A stretch of DNA of 64,000 bases, from the NCBI RefSeq assembly GCF_000315625.1, contig NW_005434597.1, positions 113,912 to 177,911 of the forward strand, given 5' to 3'. A model generated the notes under the pieces. The model searched no databases, was not told the origin of the DNA, and saw only the letters and a program-made list of their open reading frames with translations. Shown piece by piece: positions 60,898-64,000 of this stretch (position 1 is the stretch's first letter; every line of letters begins with the position of its first letter). This stretch comes from Guillardia theta CCMP2712 (lineage: Eukaryota; Protista; Cryptophyta). The translations under genes were made by a program, and so were the position numbers.

Positions 60898-62106
60898 CTA
60901 TTGAGCTCCCTTCCTACGCTTCACATTAGCTTCTGCAGTCTCCACTGAGCGCTCTTCAGGCGCCCGAGCTTCGGAGGGAGGAGGAGCAGGTGTAGCCTCA
61001 GTGGAAGATGCGGCTTGCTCAGGTTTGACTGAGGAGGGAGGAGGAGGGGCTGTCTTGTCATCTGCAGAACTTTGTCCGGGTCGAGTGCCTTCTACTTTGC
61101 CCTCTCGATTGGACGACTGACCAGCAGCTGAAACTTGAGGTTCTGCGGTAGATGAAGGATCCGACCGGACTGGTTCTGAAGAAGGGCCAGGAGCAGTGAC
61201 AGTGGCCGACGTAAGAGTAGACTCTGATGCTTCTGCCACACTGGCAGCACTGGCACCTTCAGCTGCTGTCGAAGAACCACACTCCTTGCATGCTGTGCGC
61301 ACCTTCCCATGCTGACAGATACTGGAGCCTCCACAATCTTTGCAACGGTTTCGTTCCTTCCCATGCTGGCAGATGCTGTTGCCTCCGCACTCCTTGCATC
61401 TTGAACGAATCCGACGATGTGGACAGATGCTGGAACCTCCACACTCCTTGCACCTTGCACGCTCCCTTCCATGATTACACAAGCTTGAGCCACCGCACTC
61501 CTTACACAGCGAACGTCTTTTGTTGTGCTTGCAGATACTTGATCCGCCACAGTCTTTACAAGAAGCTCGCTGTCTGTTATGCTGGCATATGCTCGTGCCC
61601 CCACATTCCTTGCATAGCGAGCGTCGCTTTGAGTGTTTGCAAATGCTGGACCCTCCACAGATCTTGCATTGAGAGCGCCTTCTATTGTGTTCGCAAAGAC
61701 TGGAACCTCCACATTCTCTACACCTTGAGCGTCGTTTACCATGCGTACATATGCTTGATCCTCCGCAATCTTTGCAACGTGCACGAATCCTCCCGTGTTC
61801 ACAGACAGACAGCTGTTTCTTCCGCGGCTTTCCTTTGCCGTCCACATCCATCTCAGAAGATCCCTCTTGGTTTCCTTGCACACTCTTGGCATTTGGGGAT
61901 GCTATCGTAAGGATGTCCGCCACAGTATCGGGTACCTGATCCTCTTTTACGTTCATGGCGGCAGCGGCGGGAGTGGCGGCGGTGCTGGGAGGAGCATTAG
62001 CCCCCTGCGAAGCAGCTGACGGCAAAGTTGTCTGCAAAGCAGGTGCGGAGCAATCAACCGTCTTGGGAGGGTCTGTCTGAACCTTGTTGTCCATCTCCAC
62101 CTGCAT
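60898..62106 (-). CDS. Protein with ten tandem 18-aa C-x-H-x6-C-x2-C-GGSS[IL] putative zinc-binding repeats, flanked by disordered regions; single long exon
   Basis: Repeats such as CEHGRIRARCKDCGGSSI occur x10 at ~61270-61803. First ATG at 62106 (the ORF opens at GTG 62157). Basic patches KPRKK and KRRK suggest nuclear localisation. Confidence 0.85.
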   Translation of the reverse strand: MQVEMDNKVQTDPPKTVDCSAPALQTTLPSAASQGANAPPSTAATPAAAAMNVKEDQVPDTVADILTIASPNAKSVQGNQEGSSEMDVDGKGKPRKKQLSVCEHGRIRARCKDCGGSSICTHGKRRSRCRECGGSSLCEHNRRRSQCKICGGSSICKHSKRRSLCKECGGTSICQHNRQRASCKDCGGSSICKHNKRRSLCKECGGSSLCNHGRERARCKECGGSSICPHRRIRSRCKECGGNSICQHGKERNRCKDCGGSSICQHGKVRTACKECGSSTAAEGASAASVAEASESTLTSATVTAPGPSSEPVRSDPSSTAEPQVSAAGQSSNREGKVEGTRPGQSSADDKTAPPPPSSVKPEQAASSTEATPAPPPSEARAPEERSVETAEANVKRRKGAQ

Positions 62107-62194
62107 AGCGCTTTGCCCAGCGAGTATGGAAGTGCAAAGTCCTAGAAAGCCCTTCACACCAACCCTTGTTGTTTATGTGATTGAATACCGTCCT

Positions 62195-62240
62195 CTCGCT
62201 CCTCGCTCCTCGCTCTCGCTCCTCGCTCCTCGCTCCTCGT
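62195..62240. repeat. (CTCGCTC)n heptamer repeat
   Basis: About six imperfect copies visible. Confidence 0.75.
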
Positions 62241-62837
62241 TCTCTTACTTATATCCTCCTCTCTTCCTACTTCCTCCTCCTCCTCCTCCTCCTCTGCCTC
62301 TCTCCGTCTAGTCTGCTGCCCTGCCTGGTCTACCCGGTCCTCGGCGACGTATGCTTCCTCTCCGCCAAGGTAGAACGATTGCCCGTTATAAATTCACCCA
62401 CCAGATTCAGCGTTTTCATAAATCAGTATAAACCAGGGGTACATGAATACATTATATTATACGCATGTTTCTGTCACAGTTACTTACTAAATACTTAACT
62501 ATAGCTTTAGAAATGCTAATTTGTTTATTAATTTTCAAATTTTAGTATTCTATTTTCTATTTCATGTTTCATTTTGAACCATGCTGCCAAATTCTCAATT
62601 TTTCTTTTTTGGATCTCTTGTCGCGGTGTTCGCTTGGCAACCAGACGGAGGGGTCGGTATGAGGGTCTAGGTGGTTTTAGGATCTTTATTGGACAGCTCC
62701 TAGGATGCTGTATGTGTCTATGGCTGGGTCCTAGGATAGGTCTAGGAAAGTACCATGGAAGGAGCTGGTCCCTTGCAATACGTTACATCTACGTTACATA
62801 TCTGTTGCATCCGGCGGCGGGTCGCCCGGCCGCGCGC

Positions 62838-64000
62838 TCAAGGCTCCGAGGCCTGGGAGTCAGTGGAAGACTCAACCGACTCGGCATCGGAGACTTCGGG
62901 GGCCGTCAGGGTAGGAGGCGGCAGATGCTTCCTCCTAGTCGCCACGGAGAGTCGAGTCGCGGGCTCCGATTGCTCCGAGCTCGTCTCAGAGCCAACCGAC
63001 TCCGCGATGCTCCCCCCGGCGTCGTCCTCGATGCCATCGCCATGCTCGAGCAAGGGTCTCCTTCTGCCTCGCACGGGAGGAGGCGAGTCATGAGGGGAGG
63101 AAGATGAGGAGGAAGCGTCCTCGCACTCCTCCATCTCCTCCTGCTGCTCTGCAACATGTATCTTGCGAAAGGTTGTCCCTTGTTCTCTCCTCCCGCGCTC
63201 CTGCTCATCTTGACGCCGGACAGCAGAAGCTCTCTCCTCACGCCGTCGCAAGCGACCTTTCAGCGCAGTCTGGATCGTCTTGGCTGCTTCCTGTTGGCGC
63301 GTGACCCCCCTGACAAAGACTCGCCTGCCCTCCTGTTGGTGAGTTGCCGTGACCTCCATCCTCCTCACGAGCCGGAGGGTGCCAGGAAGCTGAGCAGAGT
63401 CGGGGAGACTGCTCTGCACTAGCCGACCGAGGAGAGAGGAGAGCATCGAGGCATCGCGTTTGTCTGCTTGGCGTAGGTCTGGCAAGAAGGTGAGGGAGAC
63501 TACGACAGCTGAGCTGGTGGTCAGCTGCGGCTGGGAGGAGAGGGAGAGATCGGGGCAGAGGAGAGCTTCTTCTTCAAGGACGGCTGAGTCAGGCGCCTTT
63601 TGAAAGAGATGAATTTGATCCTTCGCCCTGCTCCAGTCACTTGCCTTGTCTTCCCCGAGCCCCTGGAGGGCCTGTGAGATCTGAGTTAGCAGCAGCGGTG
63701 GAGCTTGTTTGACGTGCTTGACCGCTACTCGCTCCCTGCCAGCACTGACTGCGCGCGCGACGTCTGCGGTCAGGGATGCGATGAAGTCAGCGAGAGGCTG
63801 AGGAGGAAGAGGAGCGGGGAGGTTCCGGTGCATGACCAGCTTCCCGTCCTCTACAGCCACCTCGTCGAGGATGAGGAGGACAGGAGACGGCGAAAGCTTC
63901 TTCATGCACTGGGACTGCCTCTGACAGATCCTCCAGACGCTAACGACCTTTCCTCGCTCATCGTCGATGTGCAGGTAGAAGTTTCGACTTGGTGGACTGA
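62838..64000 (-). CDS. 3' part of a hypothetical protein with an IQ-like calmodulin-binding motif; runs off the window
   Basis: The frame stays open from the window end (..RNFYLHIDDERGKVVSVWRIC..MKKLSP) to the stop at 62838. Contains AAKTIQTALKGRLRRR (IQxxxxGxxxR-like). Confidence 0.6.
   Translation of the reverse strand, partial: SPPSRNFYLHIDDERGKVVSVWRICQRQSQCMKKLSPSPVLLILDEVAVEDGKLVMHRNLPAPLPPQPLADFIASLTADVARAVSAGRERVAVKHVKQAPPLLLTQISQALQGLGEDKASDWSRAKDQIHLFQKAPDSAVLEEEALLCPDLSLSSQPQLTTSSAVVVSLTFLPDLRQADKRDASMLSSLLGRLVQSSLPDSAQLPGTLRLVRRMEVTATHQQEGRRVFVRGVTRQQEAAKTIQTALKGRLRRREERASAVRRQDEQERGRREQGTTFRKIHVAEQQEEMEECEDASSSSSSPHDSPPPVRGRRRPLLEHGDGIEDDAGGSIAESVGSETSSEQSEPATRLSVATRRKHLPPPTLTAPEVSDAESVESSTDSQASEP

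Overview
Eukaryotic nuclear DNA, gene-dense, with many short (~43-55 nt) GT-AG introns and GA-rich simple repeats. One gene has a bipartite 'signal peptide + AF' plastid-targeting leader. Together these point to a secondary-plastid alga, most plausibly a cryptophyte of the Guillardia type (inference). The first ~24 kb hold intron-rich genes: a mitochondrial carrier, a DHHC palmitoyltransferase, ecdysoneless (ECD), a Sel1 + (Ala-Pro)n + PUB protein with an apparent 1-nt frameshift, a plastid-targeted bestrophin with an inserted EF-hand pair and a C-terminal SAM domain, topoisomerase VI subunit A (SPO11-3), an N-formylglutamate-amidohydrolase-like gene and a hypothetical gene. The dominant feature is one ~35-kb gene (25439-60554) with only two short introns. 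Splicing them joins three ORFs into a ~11,670-aa secreted protein: lectin, LamG-like, Gly-rich, Ig/IPT, FN3, EPTP, REJ (with inserted LamG) and GPS-like regions, ending in LysM-like domains with no evident transmembrane anchor. After it come a protein with ten CxHx6Cx2C repeats and a partial IQ-motif gene. All domain calls come from motif recognition by eye, not database searches.
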